A stretch of DNA of 64,000 bases from Gemmatimonadaceae bacterium (GTDB lineage Bacteria; Gemmatimonadota; Gemmatimonadetes; Gemmatimonadales; Gemmatimonadaceae). The position numbers were made by a program, and so were the translations under genes. The notes under the pieces are model-generated. The model saw nothing but the letters and a program-made list of their open reading frames with translations, was not told the origin of the DNA and did no database searches. Each line of letters starts with the position of its first letter. Positions within the stretch are counted from its first letter, which is position 1. The stretch covers positions 1 through 64,000 of the forward strand of contig JBGAJQ010000017.1 of NCBI GenBank assembly GCA_044224875.1, read 5' to 3'. Of the stretch, positions 1 through 8,910 are shown piece after piece.

Positions 1-367
1 TGGCCACCGAGTATGGCTCCTGACCGGAGGAACACGCGGCGCACCAGATCTTGACTGCGCGTCCAGTCGCTTTGGCGCGCTGCACGGCGTCCGGGAGCAG
101 GTTCTGCTCGAGCGCCGTGAACGGCGCGGTATCGCGGAAGAAGAGCGTTTCGCCGGTGGTCATTGCGTCGCAGACGGCCTTGATGGCGGCAGTCGACGGG
201 TTTCCGCGCAGCATCGCGATCAGCTGGTTCAAGTCGGCGAGCCCGAGTTGCGTGGCGACCGGTGGGAGGCGGCTTTCCAGCAGGTACGCCTTCCCGTCAC
301 CCAAGGCGAGGCCGGAGTGCTTCTTGAGCAAGTCGCTCAACAGGCGATAATCGTCGGGGGAGATCAC
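1..367 (-). CDS. cheR: Chemotaxis protein-glutamate methyltransferase CheR (3' end runs off window)
   Basis: Hand translation from GTG at 367, which overlaps the cheB TGA: MISPDDYRLLSDLLKKHSGLALGDGKAYLLESRL...AMTTGETLFFRD...KIWCAACSSGQEPYSVA. Contains the CheR TTxETxFFRD and IWxAxCSSGQEPYS motifs. Not in the ORF track because it is truncated. Confidence 0.95.
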   Translation of the reverse strand, partial: MISPDDYRLLSDLLKKHSGLALGDGKAYLLESRLPPVATQLGLADLNQLIAMLRGNPSTAAIKAVCDAMTTGETLFFRDTAPFTALEQNLLPDAVQRAKATGRAVKIWCAACSSGQEPYSVA

Positions 368-1479
368 GACGCGGGTACCAGGCAGAGGGAGGCAATCTTG
401 TGGGCGATTTCGGGCAACGGCAGGACGAAGTGCGCGAGTCCGGCAGTAGCAACAGCACCCGGCATGCCCCATACGACGCTGCTTGCCTCGTCCTGGGCAA
501 TCACGCGCCCACCGCGCTGCCGGATCTCCTCGCATCCGCGCTTCCCGTCCTCGCCCATGCCGGTGAGAACGATCGTGAGCGCTGAGGCGCCGTAGACCGC
601 GGCGACCGAGCGCAACATGGGGTCGGCGGCTGGGCGACAATGGTTCTCCGGCGGGGTCTGGGTCAGTCGCAGGTAGGGCTTGCCTTCGTGCGTCTGAACC
701 AACATGTGGAAGTCGCCAGGTGCAACATAGGTGACACCGGGTCGCAGGTCCATGCCATCGATCGCTTCCACTGCGGGGCGCTTGGCGTCCCGCGCCAGGC
801 GCTGCGCCAGTAGTCCCGTGAAGAGCGGCGGCATATGCTGCGTGATCACGATCGGCAGTGGGAAGTCGGGCGGAAGGCCGCTCAGCACATCCGCCAGGGC
901 ATTCGGCCCGCCGGTGGACGCCGCGATGGCGACAATCCGAGGTGTCAATTCCGATCCGATCGTGCCGGCCAACGCGGTACTTACCGAGACGAGGGGGCGA
1001 GCCCCAAGCGGCGTCGCTGCCCGCGTCACGGGCTGACTGGCCTTGCCCTTCTGGGCGCGGCCGGCCCGACCGATCGCGCGAATCTTCGAGACGATTTCCT
1101 TCTGCGCACCGCTCAACGCCGCGGAACCGAGTTTGGCCGCGGGCTTGGCGATGTAGTCCGTGGCGCCTAACGACAATGCCTGCATCGTGATCGCGGCCCC
1201 GGACTGTGTGAGGCTGCTGGCCATGATCACCCGTATTCCGGGGTGTTGCGCGAGGATCTGCGGCAGTGCGGTCAGGCCGTCCATCTCCGGCATCTCGATG
1301 TCGAGAAGGACGACATCCACGGCGGTGTGGCGCAAGGCGTCCAGCGCGAGGCGGCCATTCGGGGCCGTGGTCGCGACCTGGAGATCGTCTTCGGCGTCGA
1401 TGATCTTCCCTAACGTCCCGCGAATGACAGCGGAATCGTCCACGAGCAGCACCCGAATGGGGTCTTTCTTGGCCGTCAT
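364..1479 (-). CDS. cheB: Chemotaxis response regulator methylesterase CheB
   Basis: N-terminal receiver domain (VLLVDDS, LLDIEMP, YIAKP) plus methylesterase motifs ASTGG, QHMP and LTGMGEDG. Confidence 0.97.
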   Translation of the reverse strand: MTAKKDPIRVLLVDDSAVIRGTLGKIIDAEDDLQVATTAPNGRLALDALRHTAVDVVLLDIEMPEMDGLTALPQILAQHPGIRVIMASSLTQSGAAITMQALSLGATDYIAKPAAKLGSAALSGAQKEIVSKIRAIGRAGRAQKGKASQPVTRAATPLGARPLVSVSTALAGTIGSELTPRIVAIAASTGGPNALADVLSGLPPDFPLPIVITQHMPPLFTGLLAQRLARDAKRPAVEAIDGMDLRPGVTYVAPGDFHMLVQTHEGKPYLRLTQTPPENHCRPAADPMLRSVAAVYGASALTIVLTGMGEDGKRGCEEIRQRGGRVIAQDEASSVVWGMPGAVATAGLAHFVLPLPEIAHKIASLCLVPAS

Positions 1480-1844
1480 CGGACGCCGCAGGCAATGAGC
1501 TTGCCGCCGATGATCTCGGCGTCAAACGGCTTCATGATGTATTCGTTGGCGCCGAGTTCGAGCGCGCGTTGGATCTTCTCGAACGTGTTGTGGGTCGTGC
1601 ACATGATGACCGGGGGCTGGTTCACGCCGGCGCTGGCACGCAAGCGCTCGAGGAACGTGAGGCCATCCATAACCGGCATGTCGATATCGCACAGGACCGC
1701 ATCCAGCTTCGTGACACCAAGGCACACCTGCAGGGCTTCTGCGCCGTCAGGTGCCTCGGTTACGGCGAAACCCATCGGCTCCAGAATGCGACGGATCGCC
1801 TTCCGGATGGCCATGGAATCGTCGATGACGAGGATCTGCTTCAT
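1476..1844 (-). CDS. cheY: Single-domain response regulator CheY
   Basis: 122 aa receiver (VIDDS, LCDIDMP, MCTT, YIMKPF); 4-nt overlap with cheB. Confidence 0.9.
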   Translation of the reverse strand: MKQILVIDDSMAIRKAIRRILEPMGFAVTEAPDGAEALQVCLGVTKLDAVLCDIDMPVMDGLTFLERLRASAGVNQPPVIMCTTHNTFEKIQRALELGANEYIMKPFDAEIIGGKLIACGVR

Positions 1845-1920
1845 GTGAACATTCCACCCCTGTGGTCAAGGAGCGACGACCGCTCCGCCGGGCGCCCCGG
1901 GCGGGAGGCTCCATGTGTCA

Positions 1921-1948
1921 GTATCGGCAGCTCGGGGGCAAAGCTTGA
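1921..1948 (-). promoter_or_regulatory. Putative sigma28 (FliA)-type promoter for cheY-cheB-cheR
   Basis: Minus strand reads TCAAG-N15-GCCGATAC about 75 nt upstream of the cheY ATG; resembles the FliA consensus TAAA/TCAAG...GCCGATAA. Confidence 0.6.
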
Positions 1949-2179
1949 GGCCAACGGGCCTCGACAGGAGCCACCACACTCGTTAGGTGAAGTCAATCAT
2001 GCGGGTGACCTCCGGGAAATGCTGGTGCCCCGACGCCACTCGACCGCACGCACCACAGTGTCAGGGCATGCGGCGAACCTCACGCCCTCTCTCAACTGAC
2101 ATGGGGAACGAGGCGACGCCGTCAGCGCCAGCTTCCCACACATCGCGTCGCGCCTTCGCGACGGCCTCCGTACCAGCGC

Positions 2180-3382
2180 CTAACGCGCCACCGATGCCAA
2201 GGCGCCCGTGGGTTGGCGAAGATCCTGCGCAATGCCACGCAGCAGGGAGTACGAGAGGGCCGCCATGGCGAACTCCAACAACCCGACACTGGCAAATATC
2301 CACTCGTACGCGGGCCGTCCCTCCGCGTTGCGTGTGACGGCGACAAGGATGCCGCCGACGATGGGTCCCGTCAGGAATCCCAGCGACCCCGCCACCTGAA
2401 ACGCACCAAAGAGTCCTTCGCCATGGCCCCGCCGCACCAGATCCGATATGAGCAGGAGGTTTGGGGCCAGGATCAGGGCGCTGAATACGCCGGACGCCAG
2501 CATCGCCAACGGCAGCAGCGACTTGGGGACCACACCGTACGACGCAAACACGAGCCCGAAGCAGATGTTGCCAATAAGCATCGGCGCGAACCAGCCACGA
2601 CGGTCGGCCAGGCGTCCGGCCGGATAACACAACAACGCGAACGGGAGCATGAACAGCGCAATCAACACGCCGCGCTGCGGAGCAGTCAGGCCGTGCACTT
2701 CACCCAGGAAGATCGTGAACGTCGAAACGAAAATCCCGATCGAAAAGCGGTCCAGGAATCCGTATCCGAGTGGGACCCACGTGAACGCGGACCCACGGTC
2801 CCACGCATAGCGCCCTCCCCCCGCCCGTGCGGGCTCCGGCACCGGTATGCGGCCGATGGCAAGGCAGGTGAGCGCGGCCAGCAGCAAGAACGCCGCCCCT
2901 ATTCCATACACCATCCACGGGCCTCGTTCGACGAGCACACCACCTAACGGCGACCCGATGGCCACGCCAATCATCAGGGCACCGGCCAGAGCTCCTAACG
3001 ACCCACCTCGCCCTTCACCCGACAGCCGATTGCTCGCCACCATCAGCAGGGTCACCGCCGGCAGGTGAACCAGTCCGTCCAGCGCCCGGAACACGTACAG
3101 CGTACCAAGCGACGGCGCGAACCCCATCCCAAGAAACGCCAACGCATCGATCACCAGGGCGGCGCACAACCAGAGGCGAACGTCTGGCCACTGGCGCAAG
3201 AGACGCAATGCGGCCGGCACCGAGATCATGCCGGCCAACATGTTCACGCTCATGAACGCGTGTGCGTCGCTCCGCGTGCCGCCGTGGGCCACCTGTACGA
3301 GCTCGTTCAACCCCGGCACCAGCAAGGTGACTGGTACCAGGGTCAGGAACATCGCGAGCGGAATCGACAGGCGGGTTTTCAC
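2180..3382 (-). CDS. MFS transporter
   Basis: 400 aa, about 12 hydrophobic segments, MFS motif A-like AGRLADRRG in the second half; GTG start 1 nt after the MCP stop. Confidence 0.85.
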   Translation of the reverse strand: MKTRLSIPLAMFLTLVPVTLLVPGLNELVQVAHGGTRSDAHAFMSVNMLAGMISVPAALRLLRQWPDVRLWLCAALVIDALAFLGMGFAPSLGTLYVFRALDGLVHLPAVTLLMVASNRLSGEGRGGSLGALAGALMIGVAIGSPLGGVLVERGPWMVYGIGAAFLLLAALTCLAIGRIPVPEPARAGGGRYAWDRGSAFTWVPLGYGFLDRFSIGIFVSTFTIFLGEVHGLTAPQRGVLIALFMLPFALLCYPAGRLADRRGWFAPMLIGNICFGLVFASYGVVPKSLLPLAMLASGVFSALILAPNLLLISDLVRRGHGEGLFGAFQVAGSLGFLTGPIVGGILVAVTRNAEGRPAYEWIFASVGLLEFAMAALSYSLLRGIAQDLRQPTGALASVAR

Positions 3383-3383
3383 C

Positions 3384-5483
3384 CTAGAACGCTCGCATCT
3401 TCTTCATGAAGTCCGCAACTGCTGCGTTGAGCTTTTCTGCTTCGACCGACAGCTGGCCAGACGCCTGCTTGATGTTCTCGGCCGTCCGTCCGCCTTCCTG
3501 TGCCACCTGGGTCACCGTGGCGATGTTGTAACTCACGTCCGCCGTGCCCTTGGCGGCTTCGCCCACGTTGCGCGAGATCTCGCCGGTCGCCGCGTTCTGC
3601 TCTTCGACCGCCGACGCGATAGTGGTGGAGATTTCGTTGATCTTGTTGATGACCCCGGCGATCTCCTTGATCGCGTTCACGGCACTTCCGGTGTCCGCCT
3701 GCACGCCGGCGATCTTGTCGCCGATCTCCTCGGTCGCCTTGGCGGTCTGCCGGGCCAGCTCCTTCACTTCGTTGGCCACGACCGCGAAGCCCTTGCCGGC
3801 CTCGCCGGCGCGCGCCGCTTCGATCGTCGCGTTCAGCGCCAGCAGGTTCGTTTGCTGGGCAATCGACGTAATCACCTTCACGACCTGCCCAATCTCCTGG
3901 CTGGACTGACCGAGCTTGGACATCGTCTCGGTCGTCGTGGCTGCCTGACGCACCGCAACCTGTGAGATCTGCGAGGCTTCCTGCACGCGAGCGGCAATCT
4001 CCCGGATGCTTGCCGTGAGTTCCTCAGCAGAGGAGGCCACGGTCTGCACATTGCGCGTCGCCTGCTCGGACGCGGCGGCCACGGCCTGTGCCTGGCGCGT
4101 TGTTTCCTCCGACGACGCCGCCATGCCGGTGGCGCTCGCCTCCAGCTCTGTCGAGGACGCGCTAACCACGCTCACCACCGTCGCGACATTGCTCTCGAAC
4201 TCATCTGCCAGCTGCACGCGATCGGTGACCACGGCCCATGAGACCATGGGGCCGAGGTACGTCTTGTCCTTGTCGTAGATGGCGACGACGTTCAGGTCCA
4301 ACGTTTCCGGTCCAAGCTGGATCTTGGCACGATGCGGCAGGTACTTGTCGGTCGACAGCATCTGGCGCTGGTGCTCGGGCTTCTTGTGGAAGATGTCCAC
4401 CTTGTTTCCGACGACCTTGTCTGCCGTCACGGGGAGCAGGTGCTCGATCGCCTTCAGCGTGCGCAGCGAAGCGGGGTTGACGTACCTGATCACGAGGTCG
4501 CGGTCCGCCAGCATGACGTTCACGTTGATGTTGTCCATCATGTTCTGGAGCCGCTGGGCCTCGACGGCGAACGCTTCACGGTCCGTCACGTCTTCCCAGT
4601 TCACGATGTAGCCGGCGAGGTCGCTCCCCTGCATGATGGCACTGGCGCAGAGGTCGAGCTTCTTGTTCGCCAAGGTAATGACCCGGCGATGCGGCAAGTT
4701 GCGCGGATTCGCGAGGATCTGCCGGATGCGCTGCTTGGAGTCACCCGGGTGAAAGCGGTCGATCGATCCCCCAGTCAGTTGATCGACGCGGAGGCCGAAC
4801 GCCGCGACGATGGCGTCTTCCATAGTCAACAGCGTCTGCTTCGCCTTTTCGTTCATCCACACCAGCTCCAACTCGGCGTTGGCGACGAAGATGTTGGTGC
4901 CGACGGAGTTCAGCGCCGTGTACAGGGCACCGCCGTCTGACATGAGGTCGACGGACGGGCTTTCGACGACTGGGCGGCGATGTCCATTGGAGAGGCGGGG
5001 AGCGGTCATGGCGTGTCGGTCCTGTGGCGTGTGTTTGGGCGAGGGATTGGCTTCGTTGGCACCTTCAATGGCGAGCGCGGCCACGACGCCGTATGCGTCA
5101 CTCCACGCTTGTTCGAGCTTCGGACTCCAGAGCGTGCCGGCCACGGCGCTCAGGGCGGCGAGGAGGCATTCGCCTACGGCGTCGTAATGCGCTGGCTCGG
5201 CTCCGTAGTCGACATGGCGAGCACCTAAATCGTGCAACGCCTTGGTGAGCACCTTGGGCTTGTCGAGGTTGGCCACGACCAGCGCGAGCGACTGAATGAG
5301 TTTGCGCTGCTGCGTTTTCATGTCGACATCGGCGAAGAGGGGCTTCACCGATGGATAGCGCTCAAAGAGTGTTCGATAGAACGTCTGCGCGAGCAGGTCG
5401 GCGCGAGGCTTCACGGCATCGAAGGACGTACGAAGGAGTCGGACGTTGAGGCGCGGCCTGCTGGCCTTCTTTGTGGACGGCAT
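3384..5483 (-). CDS. Soluble methyl-accepting chemotaxis protein with N-terminal globin and two Aer2-like PAS domains
   Basis: Globin fold (TFY..LF..YP..KPLF, QQRKL, LGARHVDYG...HYDAVGECLL, AW..AY); two PAS repeats (IDRFH...VNWEDVT; VDIFHKKPEHQR...VSWAVVT); MCP hairpin IAQQTNLLALNATIEAARAGEAGKGFAVVANEVKELA; no transmembrane segment. Confidence 0.92.
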   Translation of the reverse strand: MPSTKKASRPRLNVRLLRTSFDAVKPRADLLAQTFYRTLFERYPSVKPLFADVDMKTQQRKLIQSLALVVANLDKPKVLTKALHDLGARHVDYGAEPAHYDAVGECLLAALSAVAGTLWSPKLEQAWSDAYGVVAALAIEGANEANPSPKHTPQDRHAMTAPRLSNGHRRPVVESPSVDLMSDGGALYTALNSVGTNIFVANAELELVWMNEKAKQTLLTMEDAIVAAFGLRVDQLTGGSIDRFHPGDSKQRIRQILANPRNLPHRRVITLANKKLDLCASAIMQGSDLAGYIVNWEDVTDREAFAVEAQRLQNMMDNINVNVMLADRDLVIRYVNPASLRTLKAIEHLLPVTADKVVGNKVDIFHKKPEHQRQMLSTDKYLPHRAKIQLGPETLDLNVVAIYDKDKTYLGPMVSWAVVTDRVQLADEFESNVATVVSVVSASSTELEASATGMAASSEETTRQAQAVAAASEQATRNVQTVASSAEELTASIREIAARVQEASQISQVAVRQAATTTETMSKLGQSSQEIGQVVKVITSIAQQTNLLALNATIEAARAGEAGKGFAVVANEVKELARQTAKATEEIGDKIAGVQADTGSAVNAIKEIAGVINKINEISTTIASAVEEQNAATGEISRNVGEAAKGTADVSYNIATVTQVAQEGGRTAENIKQASGQLSVEAEKLNAAVADFMKKMRAF

Positions 5484-5502
5484 ATGAGGTGAGGATTCGG
5501 GA

Positions 5503-5982
5503 TCAGGCAGGAGCGCCTTCGAGGCGCAGGAGCTCGGTGACGTTCACGACAACCAACAGGCCACGATCACGCCGGATGATTCCGCTGCACGCCTGACGCC
5601 AGCGGGCGTCCAGGGTGGCCGGTGTCCGTTCCACGGATTCAGCTGCAACATTCAGGACGTCGCCGACTTCGTCGACGAGGAATGAGAACAGCTCACCGTC
5701 GTGGCGCACCACGATGTTCAGCGGTTCGAGGTCCGCTGGCGCGGCGGGCAGCCCCAGACGGGCACGAAGGTCCACGGCGGTGACGATCTGACCCCTCAGG
5801 TTCAGGAAGCCTGCAACTTCCGAGGGCGCCATGGGAACGCGAGCGATTCGCTGCGACAACAACACTTCCTGCACCATTAGGACCGGCAGACCTAACCACT
5901 GCTCCGCGAGTCGGAAGGTGACACACTCCCAAGCGCCATGGCTTGGCACGCCCGCGGCGTTTGACATCGGTAGCTGCGACAT
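5503..5982 (-). CDS. cheW: Chemotaxis coupling protein CheW
   Basis: VTFRL...VQEVL...ARVPMAP..VAGFLNLRGQIVTAVDLR...LVDEVGDV. Confidence 0.95.
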   Translation of the reverse strand: MSQLPMSNAAGVPSHGAWECVTFRLAEQWLGLPVLMVQEVLLSQRIARVPMAPSEVAGFLNLRGQIVTAVDLRARLGLPAAPADLEPLNIVVRHDGELFSFLVDEVGDVLNVAAESVERTPATLDARWRQACSGIIRRDRGLLVVVNVTELLRLEGAPA

Positions 5983-8288
5983 TAGGCCACTCCTCCAGCG
6001 ACTGCGAGGGCGCTCTCGACGGCGTCGAGGGCGTTAGCGAGGAAGTGCCGAGTGTCGACGACCTCCGTGGCGCGGCCACCGATCACCGCCACGCCCTGTA
6101 CGCCAAGCCGATTCGACGTCGGGTGCAACCTCACGGCCGCGTCGACGATGTCGCGGATCTCATCCACGGCCAATCCCACCGTCCGCGATCCGTCACGGAA
6201 CACAACCACCGGACGCGGATCGCGGGCGCGGACATCGAGGGCCGGGTTGGCCGGCACGATCGGCAAGAGCGCGTCGCGATACTGCACGAGGTAGCGACCG
6301 TCCGCCTCTTCGATCTGCGACTGCGCGATCTCCTCCAAACGTGCCACGAGGGCCAGCGGCACGGCTTGCAGCGCAGGGTACGCCGCGTCGAACAGCAACA
6401 ACGTCGTGCGCTCGTCCGACGTCACATCCTCGCCCGACGTATTTTGGGCGGCGGCCGCGCTCTCCTGCTGTGACGTCATTCGCGCGGTCGTGGCGATGCC
6501 CGTGGTGTCGAGGATCATGATCACGCGGCCGTCGCCAAGGATGGTGCAGCCAGCGTACACGCCAATGTTCTTCACCAGCCGGCCGACCGGCTTGACGACG
6601 ATTTCCTGCGTGTCGAAGACCTCGTCCACCACCAACCCGAAGCGTGTCTCCCCCACCTGGCACACCACCAGGTTGTACTCGGTGGTGGCCTTCTCCTCTC
6701 CCAGTTGCAACACGCTCGCCAGGTGGACGATCGGCAGGAGGATGTCGCGCAATCGGAAGAAGCGCGCCCCATTCACGTCTTCCAGCAGGTGTCGCTGCTC
6801 CTCCGTCACCCGGACCAGCTCCACCACACCGATCTGCGGAATGGCGAATAGTTCGCCGGCGGCCTCCACCAACAGCGCATTGATGATGGCCAAGGTGAGC
6901 GGAATCTTGATCCGCACGGTCGTACCCAACCCCTCACGCGATGACAGGTCGACGGTGCCACCGATCTTCTCGATATTGCTCCTGACGACGTCCATCCCCA
7001 CCCCACGTCCCGACACGTTCGTGATCTTCTCGGCGGTGGAAAACCCGGGCTCGAAGATCAACCGCAGTACCTGCGCGTCGGGGAGGGCCGCTGCCGCGTC
7101 GGCCTTGAGCAACCCACGCTCAACCGCCTTGCGTCGCACGCGGTCCACGTTGATGCCGGCGCCGTCGTCTGCGACTTCGAGGATGACGTGGCCTCCCTCA
7201 TGGAACGCATTCAGGCGAAGGGTGCCCTTCTCCGGCTTTCCGTTGGACCGGCGCACATCCGGCGCCTCGATCCCGTGATCCGCCGAGTTGCGGATCATGT
7301 GGGTGAGCGGGTCTTGGATCGCCTGAAGGATCTGGCGATCGAGTTCCGTCTCCGCCCCGTGCAACTCGAGTTCAATCTTCTTCCCGTTGGCCGTTGACAG
7401 GTCACGCACCAGTCGTGGGAGTTTGGTCCACGCCGATCCGACGGGTTGCATGCGGGTCTTCATCACCGCTTCCTGCAGGTCGGTGGCGACGCGGTTCAGG
7501 TGTTGGACTGGCGTTGCGTACGCGGAGTCTTCACGGCCGGACGAGATCTGCACCAACTGATTGCGTGCCAACACGAGTTCGCCGACCAGGTTCATCAGGT
7601 TGTCCAGCAGCATCACATTCACGCGCAGCGTGCTGTCAGCCAGACCTCCCTTCACCTCGCCGTTGCTGTCGGCCTCTGGTCCTTTGCCTGACGGCGCCGG
7701 TGTTGCAGCTGCCGAGGGGGCGGTGGATGTCGGTCGTGGCTCTGGCACCGCGGCCTCGACGGGGGCTGGCACTTCCTGCGACGCGGCCCGTCCTGCATCG
7801 ACCATGGCCGGAGTCGGCGTCAGGACTTCAAAGATTTCGTCGATCGAACGATTGGCGAGCGGTGTGCCAACGCGTGGTGTGGGGGCCGGCCGCTCGTCAG
7901 GGGGGCGAACGTTGTCGTCGAGGCAGGCATCCAGCCGGGCGATGACGTGCAGGTCATCGCCTTCCGGTTCCTGCTCGGTACGCTCGAGGTTATCGAGGAT
8001 CATCTTGATCACGTCGACCGCCCCAAGCACGGCGCTGATGACTTCCTCTGTCGCCGCGAGCTTGCCGTCGCGCATCAATACCAGCACGCTTTCGGCGGCG
8101 TGGGCCACCGTTTCCAAGCGGGCCAGGCCAAGGAAGCCGCAGGTCCCCTTGATGGTGTGGACCGTGCGAAAGATCGAGTTCAGGAGGGACAGCTCACCGG
8201 GATGTCGCTCGAGTTCGACGATGTCGGAATCGAGCTTGGTGAGGTTTTCGGCGCTTTCGGTGAGAAAGTCGCGGAGGAGATCATCCAT
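5982..8288 (-). CDS. cheA: Chemotaxis histidine kinase CheA (Hpt, dimerisation, HATPase, two CheW-like domains, no evident P2)
   Basis: IFRTVHTIKGTCGFL (Hpt His), TLRVNV.LLDNLMNLVGELVL, HMIRNSADHGIE, DDGAGI, FEPGFSTA, VSGRGVGMDVV, then two CheW-like blocks. Confidence 0.97.
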   Translation of the reverse strand: MDDLLRDFLTESAENLTKLDSDIVELERHPGELSLLNSIFRTVHTIKGTCGFLGLARLETVAHAAESVLVLMRDGKLAATEEVISAVLGAVDVIKMILDNLERTEQEPEGDDLHVIARLDACLDDNVRPPDERPAPTPRVGTPLANRSIDEIFEVLTPTPAMVDAGRAASQEVPAPVEAAVPEPRPTSTAPSAAATPAPSGKGPEADSNGEVKGGLADSTLRVNVMLLDNLMNLVGELVLARNQLVQISSGREDSAYATPVQHLNRVATDLQEAVMKTRMQPVGSAWTKLPRLVRDLSTANGKKIELELHGAETELDRQILQAIQDPLTHMIRNSADHGIEAPDVRRSNGKPEKGTLRLNAFHEGGHVILEVADDGAGINVDRVRRKAVERGLLKADAAAALPDAQVLRLIFEPGFSTAEKITNVSGRGVGMDVVRSNIEKIGGTVDLSSREGLGTTVRIKIPLTLAIINALLVEAAGELFAIPQIGVVELVRVTEEQRHLLEDVNGARFFRLRDILLPIVHLASVLQLGEEKATTEYNLVVCQVGETRFGLVVDEVFDTQEIVVKPVGRLVKNIGVYAGCTILGDGRVIMILDTTGIATTARMTSQQESAAAAQNTSGEDVTSDERTTLLLFDAAYPALQAVPLALVARLEEIAQSQIEEADGRYLVQYRDALLPIVPANPALDVRARDPRPVVVFRDGSRTVGLAVDEIRDIVDAAVRLHPTSNRLGVQGVAVIGGRATEVVDTRHFLANALDAVESALAVAGGVA

Positions 8289-8376
8289 GAGGTTCGTACC
8301 GGTATCAGGCGTACGACAACGTGGTGACCCGCCTCACGCCTAACGAGCGCCTTGAGACGAGTCTCTGTGTCTGGAA

Positions 8377-8404
8377 TTCTCGACACGGACCGCCAAGTCC
8401 TTAA
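8377..8404 (-). promoter_or_regulatory. Putative sigma28-type promoter for cheA
   Basis: Minus strand reads TTAAG-N15-GTCGAGAA about 90 nt upstream of cheA, with the same spacing as the element before cheY. Confidence 0.45.
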
Positions 8405-8910
8405 TGCCATCTGTCTTAGCCTCGTCTAACGCAGACCGCATTCGATTGCGAAGAACGACTGGCATCCGATGCAGCATTTTCTGCTGTCCGTTGACCTGTC
8501 GCTTAAGGCGGTACGGGTGCCATCGCGTGCGTGCCGCCGTGGTGCCCGCGGTCTGACGATGGTCGTTGTCATCGCCACTCCGTCAGAGCGATCATCCCCC
8601 AGACGTACGCTTGCTCCGCAAGCGCGAGAATGCCGCCCGCACACACACCGTTTGCGACTCAGGTAGGGGGTGCTGCAGACGTTCTTTCCGAAGGCGGCTT
8701 CCGTCGATCGCGATGGTCCGCGGGAGGGAAGAGCACCTGTGGCGATGTGGGCCTAACTCTGGAAGAACAATGTGTCGTTAGGCTTTGCAGCAATGCCTCG
8801 ACCGTGCGCGGGTTCCCCCGACGGAAATTGGCGGAAACGCCTAACAGCGGGGACCGGTCGGGGCGCACAGATATGGGCATTCCTCAGGTCCATACAACGG
8901 AGTTCACCCC

